Shown: in pieces, positions 8,088 through 15,619 of the stretch
Numbering within the stretch: the first letter of the stretch is position 1
Layout of the letters: each line of letters begins with the position of its first letter
From: Patescibacteria group bacterium
Lineage (GTDB): Bacteria; Patescibacteriota; Minisyncoccia; HO2-45-28
Reading direction: 5' to 3'
DNA: 40,654 nucleotides
NCBI GenBank assembly: GCA_022563755.1
Contig: JADFMT010000003.1
Location: forward strand, 1 to 40,654
Translations under genes and position numbers: made by a program
Notes under the pieces: model-generated
What the model saw: only the letters and a program-made list of their open reading frames with translations
Told to the model about the DNA's origin: nothing
The model's database searches: none

Positions 8088-8379
8088 CTCAAAACAAAAA
8101 GAATGGCATCGCGTCATTCTTTTTGTTTTGAGTTGATGATAGAAACAGGAATCGAACCCTACGAAAGGGGGTACCAGCCGCGAGGCTCTTTCGCAAAGCG
8201 AAAAGCCCCGTCTCCGGGGAAAACTGTAGTTTTCCCCGTGGCGGAAAACAGCGAGACTGAGCTTGTCGAAGCCGAGCGCTAGAAATCCTTCGACACTGAG
8301 CTCAGGACGAAGTGCCGAAGGATTTCTAGGGAGGACCATAAGCGACGACGGGTTCTAGGAGCGCAGCGACGGATTCCCT
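8088..8379 (+). repeat. tRNA-linked structured element, copy 1 (Phe-type)
   Basis: A/T hairpin, then GGAATCGAACCC, a ~100-bp core shared with 15164-15443 and 20074-20352, then GGGTTC..GATTCCCT. Confidence 0.9.
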
Positions 8380-8403
8380 ATATTGAAAAAACCATTGCTT
8401 TTA

Positions 8404-8432
8404 TTGACATCCGTTTAGAGTTTTGGTAGAAA
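8404..8432 (+). promoter_or_regulatory. sigma70-type promoter
   Basis: TTGACA-N17-TAGAAA with an upstream TG dinucleotide. Confidence 0.5.
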
Positions 8433-8503
8433 GACTATGGCGTACCTTTTAAAAACCAACAACCAAGAAGGCCTGACAATATCGAACCTTGAAAGGAGAT
8501 ATT

Positions 8504-8827
8504 ATGTCCAAAGTCAGCGAACAGCAGTTCTGTGAGATCCTTCAGCCCAAGCTCGGCGATTCGTGGGATCGCGCCCTGACCGTCTTCCGTAACTACGGCG
8601 AGATCTTGGCGTATGACGTAACCAACGTCCTACTCCATGCCGCCGACCAGGGAAAGGCGGATGAGGTGCTCGGCATTCTGGAGAAACACTATGAGAGCCA
8701 TCTCCAATTTCAGCACCCGGAGATCCGCGGCACTATCGAGGATCGCCTTCTCGGCGTCAATCCCACCCAGAATATGTTTCTTCGCATCTGCCAACAGACG
8801 TTGAGTCTCCAGCCGTCTCCGGCGTAG
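8504..8827 (+). CDS. Hypothetical protein (GC-richer than neighbours)
   Basis: AAAGGAG Shine-Dalgarno before the ATG at 8504; has its own promoter and terminator; codon style differs from flanking genes. Confidence 0.75.
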   Translation: MSKVSEQQFCEILQPKLGDSWDRALTVFRNYGEILAYDVTNVLLHAADQGKADEVLGILEKHYESHLQFQHPEIRGTIEDRLLGVNPTQNMFLRICQQTLSLQPSPA

Positions 8828-8855
8828 TGATGCCAGATGATACACGCGAGAACCC

Positions 8856-8901
8856 GGTCGGGTTCCACAGCACAATCGTGGAACTCGGCCATTTTCTTTT
8901 T
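8856..8901 (+). terminator. Intrinsic terminator
   Basis: GGTCGGGTTCCAC/GTGGAACTCGGCC stem with T-rich tail, between convergent genes. Confidence 0.7.
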
Positions 8902-8926
8902 GTTTGTATGTTTTGCGGATCGGTGA

Positions 8927-9415
8927 TTATTCGTGTTTGATTTTGAGTTTTTGTACCCGTTTTTTGTCGAGTTTAGGAAGACGGATGGTTAGAAGACCAT
9001 TCTTGATTGAAGCTTCTGCAGTTTCCACATCAATTTCCTGCGGGAGCATAATAGCCCGTGAAAACGACCCCCAATAGAGTTCTTGATGAAAATAGCGATC
9101 ATCCGAGACCTCGCGGTGTTTTTCACGCCTCCCCTTAATAGTTACCATGTCTCGAGTAATCGAAACATCTAACTCCTCCGGTTTTAGACCGGCAACTATG
9201 GATTGCATCACAATCTCGTCAGGCGTCTGATATACATCGGCCATAAGCTGTCCCTCACCCTCAACCGGAGGAAGCGGACTTTTTCGCCCCGGGGTGCCTT
9301 GAGCCACGGCCGCATCTGCCGTTACCTGTTCTTCACCGCGTAAAGTGGGTTCGTCGTTGTCTGCCGGATACGATCCGGTGAGTCGTTCAAAAAATAGTCG
9401 TCGATCTTTAGGCAT
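8927..9415 (-). CDS. Hsp20/alpha-crystallin small heat shock protein
   Basis: DVYQT..GLKPEELDVSI..TIKGRR..ELYWGSFSRAIMLP..ASIKNGLLTIRLPK. Confidence 0.95.
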   Translation of the reverse strand: MPKDRRLFFERLTGSYPADNDEPTLRGEEQVTADAAVAQGTPGRKSPLPPVEGEGQLMADVYQTPDEIVMQSIVAGLKPEELDVSITRDMVTIKGRREKHREVSDDRYFHQELYWGSFSRAIMLPQEIDVETAEASIKNGLLTIRLPKLDKKRVQKLKIKHE

Positions 9416-9459
9416 ATATTATTTAATATATCAAATTATAGCTGAATAAATAAATTTCA

Positions 9460-10173
9460 TCAGTGGATAAGTTTTTTTAGCTTCTCAAATGATAGAATAA
9501 GAATCATCCCTCCCAGCCATACCACAGAAAAAATATAAAGAAGGCTGGATCCACCTCCTATTAGTATAAAAAAATTGAAAAAAGTATGCAAGAGGGTTGC
9601 AAGGGAAATTCCCCAAAACACGTTACGCAGCCGATGCTCGGGATGAAAAAATGAATATGCAACCGAAAACCCTACAATGGCTGAAGTGAGAATATGAAGA
9701 AGCGTAGCCCCCACAAAGCGCAGATGAATGGCTACGAAACCACTGATAAACTCGTGCTGAAAAACATTAAAAAGCATAAAAATGTTCTCTACGGCCGCAA
9801 ATCCAAGTGCGGCCGTAATCAAATAGATAGGTGCATCAATAGGCTCATCAAAAAAGGGTTTTCGCAAAGCGGCCCAATAGGCAGCCCCGTACTTCAAGAC
9901 CTCCTCAGCACCCGCCCAAAGAAAGAGAAGAAAAAACGATGGAAGAGCTCTTGGCCAGAATCCGAGCGCAATGCCCGCGCCGTATATAATCTCCTCTAAA
10001 ATTAAGGCAATGGGCACGGCTAGAGCACCTGCAACAAACGTCAAAAACAAAATCCGCTTGGGCTCAGGATGAGGATCCTCGCGCAGCCAAAACCAGAGCC
10101 AAACGCCAGCGGCCAAAAGTCCGCCCGCAAACGCAAAAAGACCGGCTATGGGGCTGGCAATCACTTGGGCCAC
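9460..10173 (-). CDS. PrsW family glutamic-type intramembrane protease
   Basis: D-HPEP, AEEVLKY, ALGFAAVEN, LLH, LHTFFN; multiple TM helices. Confidence 0.92.
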   Translation of the reverse strand: MAQVIASPIAGLFAFAGGLLAAGVWLWFWLREDPHPEPKRILFLTFVAGALAVPIALILEEIIYGAGIALGFWPRALPSFFLLFLWAGAEEVLKYGAAYWAALRKPFFDEPIDAPIYLITAALGFAAVENIFMLFNVFQHEFISGFVAIHLRFVGATLLHILTSAIVGFSVAYSFFHPEHRLRNVFWGISLATLLHTFFNFFILIGGGSSLLYIFSVVWLGGMILILSFEKLKKLIH

Positions 10174-12386
10174 GACTCAACCATTAAAAGATCCTTGCTG
10201 CTCGCACGAACCGCTTCCCATATATTCTCTGTAATATGGGGTAGAAACGGATGGAGCAATCTCAGGCAGTCCGTCAATACCAAGACTAAAATCTCTTGCG
10301 TGCGTGTTTTAAGCGCGGGGTCGCCCAGCTGCTTTTTTGAGCTCTCTAAATATTGATCACAGAAATCATGCCAGAAAAAATCATACAGTTTGTGAAGTGC
10401 GTGCCCAAATTGATAATGGTCGATGTGACGGGTTACTTCTTTTTTTGTTTTTTTAAGAGACTCCAAAATTTTTCGGTCTTCTTTCGTTTTAGGATGCGGT
10501 TTTTTAAAGTAGTCCCCCCTCGCCCCCGCTTCGCCAAGGCTACGCAGGGCGAGCAAGGCTTCGGGGGGCGACTCATTCCGTTCGAGAACGAATCGAGCCG
10601 CATTCCACATTTTATTTAAAAATTTCTTCCCTGCAACCAGCGCTTCCTCAGACCAATGGATGTCCTGCGTACCCATGGTTTGCCACGTAAGTCCAAAGCG
10701 AAGCGCGTCCGTTCCATACTTCTCGATCATGACTATTGGATCTACAACATTACCAAGACTTTTAGACATCTTCCGGCCTTTTTGATCAAGCACCGTGGCA
10801 TGAGTATAACTTGTTTTAAACGGGCTCTTTTTGGTAAATTCAAGACCCGAGAAAACCATGCGCACGATCCAGAGAAAAAATATTTCGCGCGCCGATGATA
10901 TCATATCCGTAGGATAAAAAGTTTTTAGATCCTTGGTTTTTTGAGGCCACTCAAGGGTTGCAAACGGCCAGAGGGCTGAAGAAAACCACGTATCAAGCAC
11001 ATCCGGAATTTGCTTGTAGCGAGCGTCACAATGCTTGCATGCGGGTTCTGTTTTTGAAACAACCATGTCAATACATTTTTCAATATCTTTTTCTCTCCCG
11101 CGCTTTGGAATACATACGGGATCATGTTTCCAAACCGGCAGACGGTGACCCCACCAGAGTTGACGCGAGATATTCCAGTCCTTCACCTGTCTTAACCATT
11201 CAAGAAAGATCTTCTTTCGCTGCGGCGGAATAAAGGTAATTTTCTCTCCCCGAACCACCTGTCTCGTTTTTTTAGCAAGCTCGCGCATGGAAAGAAACCA
11301 CTGCAACGAAACCAGAGGTTCAATGATGGTTTGACACCGTTCGCATCTGCCAATCCGATGGATATATTCCTCTTCTTTCTCAAGCAGCCCCGCTTCTCTT
11401 AATGCCTCCACCACCTTTTTTCGGCATTCAAGCGTCTTCAATCCCATGCAAATGGAACCGGCCTCTTTTGTCATTCTTCCCTGCTGGTTAATCACCTCAT
11501 ACGATAGAAGTTTATGACGGAGCGCAATCTCAAAATCTAAAGGATCGTGTAGAGGAGTTATCTTTACAGCCCCCGTTCCAAACTTCTGGTCAATCTCTTT
11601 GTCGGCAATAATCGGAATCGTTCTGTCTTTAATCGGAAGTCTTGCCTTTTCGCCAACAAGATTTTTGTAGCGAGGATCGCTCGGGTGAACCGCAACCGCA
11701 GCATCTCCCAGCATGGTCTCGGGCCGCGTTGTGGCAACCGTGATAAAGCCGCCTGCTTCGAGTGGATATTTGATGAACCAAAGACTTCCTTTCTCTTCTA
11801 CGTGTTCCACTTCGAGATCAGAAATAGATGTTTGGCATCGGCTACACCAATTAATGATCCGTTTTCCCTGATAAATCCATCCTTTTTTGTAGTAGTGCTC
11901 GAATGCTGCCTTCACGGCTTCTTGGTACTCATCATCCATGGTGAAGCGGCCTCTAGTCCAATCACACGAAAGACCCAACAATTTTAACTCTTGATCAATG
12001 GCGTCCCCATTTTCTTTCATCCACTGCCACATTTTCTCAAGAAACTTTTCTTTCCCCAAATCAAATCGCGTCTTGTTTTCTTTTCGAAGTTCCCGCTCCA
12101 CAACATATTGCGCAGCAATACCGGCATGATCTTTGCCGGGCAAAAAAAGGGCTTTGTATCCTTGCATGCGTCGCTTACGAATAACGATGTCGGAGAGGAT
12201 ATTTTCCAGTGCATGCCCAACATGAATATGGCCCGTAATATTGGGTGGGGCCATCATAACGGTAAAGGATTTTGGACGCTTGCCGGGTAATTTGTCGGGA
12301 TTAAAATAACCGCTTTTTTCCCATTTTTTATAGATATTCTTCTCTACCTTGTTAGGGTCGTAGGGTTTGGAGAAATCTACTTTCAT
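10161..12386 (-). CDS. valS: Valine--tRNA ligase
   Basis: PPNITG-IHVGH, DHAGIA, ATTRPETMLGD, DWNISRQLWWGH, DVLDTWFSS, KMSKSLGN; no C-terminal coiled coil. Confidence 0.97.
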   Translation of the reverse strand: MKVDFSKPYDPNKVEKNIYKKWEKSGYFNPDKLPGKRPKSFTVMMAPPNITGHIHVGHALENILSDIVIRKRRMQGYKALFLPGKDHAGIAAQYVVERELRKENKTRFDLGKEKFLEKMWQWMKENGDAIDQELKLLGLSCDWTRGRFTMDDEYQEAVKAAFEHYYKKGWIYQGKRIINWCSRCQTSISDLEVEHVEEKGSLWFIKYPLEAGGFITVATTRPETMLGDAAVAVHPSDPRYKNLVGEKARLPIKDRTIPIIADKEIDQKFGTGAVKITPLHDPLDFEIALRHKLLSYEVINQQGRMTKEAGSICMGLKTLECRKKVVEALREAGLLEKEEEYIHRIGRCERCQTIIEPLVSLQWFLSMRELAKKTRQVVRGEKITFIPPQRKKIFLEWLRQVKDWNISRQLWWGHRLPVWKHDPVCIPKRGREKDIEKCIDMVVSKTEPACKHCDARYKQIPDVLDTWFSSALWPFATLEWPQKTKDLKTFYPTDMISSAREIFFLWIVRMVFSGLEFTKKSPFKTSYTHATVLDQKGRKMSKSLGNVVDPIVMIEKYGTDALRFGLTWQTMGTQDIHWSEEALVAGKKFLNKMWNAARFVLERNESPPEALLALRSLGEAGARGDYFKKPHPKTKEDRKILESLKKTKKEVTRHIDHYQFGHALHKLYDFFWHDFCDQYLESSKKQLGDPALKTRTQEILVLVLTDCLRLLHPFLPHITENIWEAVRASSKDLLMVESWPK
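10511..10573. repeat. REP-like palindrome in frame within valS
   Basis: TCGCCCCC..CTTCGCCAAGGCTACG..GGGGGCGA inverted repeat encoding SPPEALLALRSLGEAGARGD. Confidence 0.65.
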
Positions 12387-12390
12387 TTCC

Positions 12391-13545
12391 CTATTTTATC
12401 ACTTTTTTTTGCCCAAAAGAAAGACGGCCATCTGCTCTCAATTTTTTGGGTTTTGTAAAATCTTTTTTAAGCGCATGAAAATAGCTAGCGGCTGCAATCA
12501 TGGCTGCATTGTCACCCGTAAATGCGCCTTCTGGATAAAGAAAAGATATTTTAAGTATTTTTTTAAGTTCTTTTTGAAGATGCTTATTAGCCGCTACCCC
12601 ACCTCCTAAAATAACGGTTTTTGGATTGAATTTTCTAACGGCTTTTAAGGTTTTTGCAACCAAAACCTCCACTGCTGCATCTTCAAATTCTCGAGCAACC
12701 AATGCCTTATTTAACTTCGGATTTTCCCGAAGCGCATACAGTACTGCGGTTTTCAATCCCGAAAAACTAAAATTAAAATCCGGGGATTTTATCATCGGCC
12801 TTGGAAGTTTAATGTTCGACGCTCGGTGTCGAACCGTTGAAGCGAGTTTTGCCACTTTAGGACCGCCGGGAAACGGCAAACCCAAAAGCCGTCCCACTTT
12901 ATCAAATGCCTCACCCACCGCATCATCCAGAGTTTCGCCAATGATTTTATAATCCAGCCACTTTTTCATGAAAACGAGTTCCGTATGCCCGCCGCTAACC
13001 AAGAGCGCAATCGCTGGGAAGTGAATTACCGGAAAAGACGAAGTGTCTTTGGCCGTGGCGACTCCGGCTGGCTGTGCGATCCTTAATTTGGTCGGAACGA
13101 CCTTTAGAGATATAGGGGCGGAGCCACGGGCAGATGACATCTCGTCTTTATGTAACAAAACAGAGGCTATATGTCCCTCCATATGATTCGCTGCAACAAT
13201 CGGCTTTCTATATTCTTCCGCAAGCCCACGCGCAAAATTGATCCCTTCCCAAAGACATGGTTCAAGTCCGGGTCCTACCGTTACCGCAATAACATCGGCG
13301 TTTTGTATCTTATGTTTAGTGTCTTGTATTTTTTTAAAAAGAATTGGCAAATTACGTTGATGCTCTCTTTTTGCAAGACGAGGAACCACGCCGCCAAAAG
13401 GGGCGTGGGTTTTCACTTGGGAAGAAACGAGATTTATTAAAATATCAAAACGCGGCTTTGAAAAACCACCCTCGGCTTCGATTACCACAAGAGCTGTCTC
13501 ATCACATGATGTTTCAACGGCAAAAATTTTCATAAATTTCCTCAT
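12391..13545 (-). CDS. tsaD: tRNA N6-adenosine threonylcarbamoyltransferase TsaD
   Basis: ETSCDET, GGVVP, GPGL, NHMEGH, SGGHT, DDAVGEAFDK, FSFSGLKT, GGVAAN, DNAAMIA. True start may be 13533. Confidence 0.97.
   Translation of the reverse strand: MRKFMKIFAVETSCDETALVVIEAEGGFSKPRFDILINLVSSQVKTHAPFGGVVPRLAKREHQRNLPILFKKIQDTKHKIQNADVIAVTVGPGLEPCLWEGINFARGLAEEYRKPIVAANHMEGHIASVLLHKDEMSSARGSAPISLKVVPTKLRIAQPAGVATAKDTSSFPVIHFPAIALLVSGGHTELVFMKKWLDYKIIGETLDDAVGEAFDKVGRLLGLPFPGGPKVAKLASTVRHRASNIKLPRPMIKSPDFNFSFSGLKTAVLYALRENPKLNKALVAREFEDAAVEVLVAKTLKAVRKFNPKTVILGGGVAANKHLQKELKKILKISFLYPEGAFTGDNAAMIAAASYFHALKKDFTKPKKLRADGRLSFGQKKVIK
13034..13149. repeat. ~116-bp inverted-repeat element in frame within tsaD
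   Basis: AAAGACGA..GTGTC..CCGTGGC pairs with GCCACGG..GACAT..TCGTCTTT; adds about 38 aa between HMEGH and FPAIALLVSGGHT. Confidence 0.7.
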
Positions 13546-13564
13546 ATAAAGATTATCATAAAGA

Positions 13565-13588
13565 AAGTCCCAGGAATTCCTAGGACTT
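13565..13588 (-). terminator. Hairpin after the 13594-14544 gene
   Basis: AAGTCCTAGGAATTCCTGGGACTT followed by TCTTT on the minus strand. Confidence 0.55.
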
Positions 13589-13593
13589 AAATA

Positions 13594-14544
13594 CTAAGAA
13601 GATTTCAGGAAAAACCGAATGCCAAAAAGTTTACGATTCATCTCTTGGCCCGCTAAACCCACGCGCATTGTGCTATCCGGGCCATTATAGTCCTCGTAAA
13701 ATAAAGAAAGTCCGCTTAGGCGTTTTTTAGACAAAAACATATCATATGCAACACCAAAAACGTAAGACTTGTTGCCTTTGCGGCTCTCTATATGACCGCT
13801 TGCGGAAAGATCAGATACCGGATTCACGCGATAGACAAACCTTGGTGCGCCAAAAAGGGATCGATAAGATTTTCGCACATCCCGATTAAAGAACGAACTA
13901 AATACATCATCAAATTTCGCTTCCCACAAAATCGCATCGAGCCGATATTCAAACGTGAACTTTGGAGCTATCTGCCACTGATGAGCAAAACGGCAAAATA
14001 CGAAATCCCGCGCGCTTATCTCACTAACGTCGATCTTCCGGTTTTCAACAAATTTTCTTGTCTCGCTACTTTCCAGTCCGCCGAACGAATGATGCTGATA
14101 TCCGCAACCAACAAACAGCTCTGGCCGAAAATACCACCGGATATCAAATCCGAGACTCCAAATAGAGGCCCTAACAGATTCCTCTTCGCCCTCGTTAAAG
14201 AAGACTCGGTTTCCGCCCCGCCAAACCCAGGCGAGTTGCTCCGGCCACCAATCGCATATTCCTAAAGCGCGTGTTGGGAGAAGCGAAAGGAGTGGAAACC
14301 CAAACCATGCGCCCTCAATGCTTCCTTCTCTAGAATACAAACCGTTTAAACGACCCTCTAAATCCGCTTTTGTCAAAAGGGGCTCAAACCGCACCTCATC
14401 AAACGAGAAAGACTTTCGGTATTTTGAATACGAAGAGACATAGCATTCATCGTCGTCCGCTTCCCTCGCAAAAGAGGTTGCGGGAGCGACGATTGAAAAA
14501 ACGAGCAGGGTCACAAGAACCCACCAATATCTTATTTTTCTCAT
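13594..14544 (-). CDS. Hypothetical exported protein, beta-barrel-like
   Basis: Signal peptide (..APATSFA), GAGGAGG Shine-Dalgarno, TTGACG-N17-TAGCAT promoter, amphipathic aromatic beta-strand patterns. Confidence 0.75.
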   Translation of the reverse strand: MRKIRYWWVLVTLLVFSIVAPATSFAREADDDECYVSSYSKYRKSFSFDEVRFEPLLTKADLEGRLNGLYSREGSIEGAWFGFPLLSLLPTRALGICDWWPEQLAWVWRGGNRVFFNEGEEESVRASIWSLGFDIRWYFRPELFVGCGYQHHSFGGLESSETRKFVENRKIDVSEISARDFVFCRFAHQWQIAPKFTFEYRLDAILWEAKFDDVFSSFFNRDVRKSYRSLFGAPRFVYRVNPVSDLSASGHIESRKGNKSYVFGVAYDMFLSKKRLSGLSLFYEDYNGPDSTMRVGLAGQEMNRKLFGIRFFLKSS

Positions 14545-14645
14545 CTCTCTACCTCCTCTACAGGTGTAAATGAGCGATTTTTACTACCCCAATGCTATCA
14601 AAATAGGCTTCGGACGTCAACGAGTCTAAAATATTACTTCTTTAT

Positions 14646-14697
14646 GTGCATTTTAGGAGAACAGGTTATTTATGGTGAGTTTGTCGAACTAGAACCT
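14646..14697. repeat. Gly-array junction J5, interrupted by a 23-nt REP-like insert
   Basis: GTGCATTTTAGGAGAACAGGTTA[tttatggtgagtttgtcgaacta]GAACCT. Confidence 0.75.
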
Positions 14698-14720
14698 GTT
14701 TTTTTATATAAAATGTGAAG

Positions 14721-15053
14721 TTAAGGAGTTAGTTTCCATTCTCCCTCCACATGCTTAGCAACTGAATGTCCACCGACTGGAATGCCTTCTTGATCAAAAA
14801 AAGTAACGTGAATAGCGGTAATCGAAGCCTGCCCTTCTGAGTATTGTCCCTTTCTCATGTATGAGTACTCTGTATCTCCATCTTCTCCAGAAACTTTGAT
14901 GTCCCACAGGTAAAGACCGCGTTCATCTTCAAGTTTTCGTACGTCTTCATATCCTTCCTTCCCGACTAATTGTTCAAAAACTGATTGTACCTCTTCTGGG
15001 GTGGGAATAGCCCCTGGTCCTTTTTCAAAAGTGTTTGGTGATCCTTCATGCAT
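14721..15053 (-). CDS. Hypothetical acidic protein
   Basis: 110-aa ORF lying between two junction motifs, with a near-leaderless promoter. Confidence 0.8.
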   Translation of the reverse strand: MHEGSPNTFEKGPGAIPTPEEVQSVFEQLVGKEGYEDVRKLEDERGLYLWDIKVSGEDGDTEYSYMRKGQYSEGQASITAIHVTFFDQEGIPVGGHSVAKHVEGEWKLTP

Positions 15054-15083
15054 ATTTAGATAATACTACAAACCTTATGTTCC

Positions 15084-15121
15084 GTGTATTTAATAAAGCT
15101 ATGTGAAATGTTAGAACCTCT
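15084..15121. repeat. Gly-array junction J4 (degenerate)
   Basis: GTGTATTTAA...GTTAGAACCTCT; the last 12 nt are identical to J3. Confidence 0.55.
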
Positions 15122-15163
15122 ACCAAATTACTGAAAAACCGTTTAGTTTTCAGAAAAACCAGT

Positions 15164-15443
15164 GGGAGAATCCGCTTCCCTGCCTGCCGGCAGACAGGGC
15201 TAGAACTCGTCGTCCCTCGACTTCGCTCGGGACTCCCTAGAAACCGAGGGGGTTTCTAGCGCTCGTCCGCCAGCTGGCGGACTCACTGTTTTCCGCCACG
15301 GGGAAAACTACAGTTTTCCCCGGAGACGGGGCTTTTCGCTTTACGAAAGAGCCTCGCGTCTGGCACCCCCTTTCGCGAGTTCGATTCTCTAACTCATCAA
15401 ATCAAAACAAAAAGAACGACATAAAGCCGTTCTTTTTGTTTTG
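15164..15443 (-). repeat. tRNA-linked structured element, copy 2 (Gly-type)
   Basis: Same hairpin and core as copy 1. Read on the minus strand it carries GAGAATCGAACTC, GAGTTC and GATTCTCCC, matching the tRNA-Gly T-arm. Confidence 0.9.
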
Positions 15444-15473
15444 TGCACTTTAGGGGAATAGGTTAGAACCTCT
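15443..15473. repeat. Gly-array junction J3
   Basis: GTGCACTTTAGGGGAATAGGTTAGAACCTCT, 28/31 identical to J2. Confidence 0.85.
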
Positions 15474-15619
15474 CTTAAGGCATTAACTGATTATTCTACA
15501 TTTGAAATGGTAACATTTTTAGTAGCGTTATTCCCATAGCACCTCGACCCGATATTAAATTGACACTCTCTACCACTTTTTGCATTATAAACTAAGTATA
15601 TAATTTAACTAATAATGCT

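Noticed and set aside
8001-8339. ORFs 8001-8339 and 8046-8282 (also 20144-20395 and 18241-18438) as proteins
   Set aside because: They overlap tRNAs and the structured repeat, and starts, stops and frames are not conserved among the three copies.
15377-15389. Additional tRNA genes at GAGTTCGATTCTC (and at 20286-20298, 8148-8159)
   Set aside because: Only the T-arm is present, with no D-arm, anticodon arm or acceptor stem. These belong to the repeat element.
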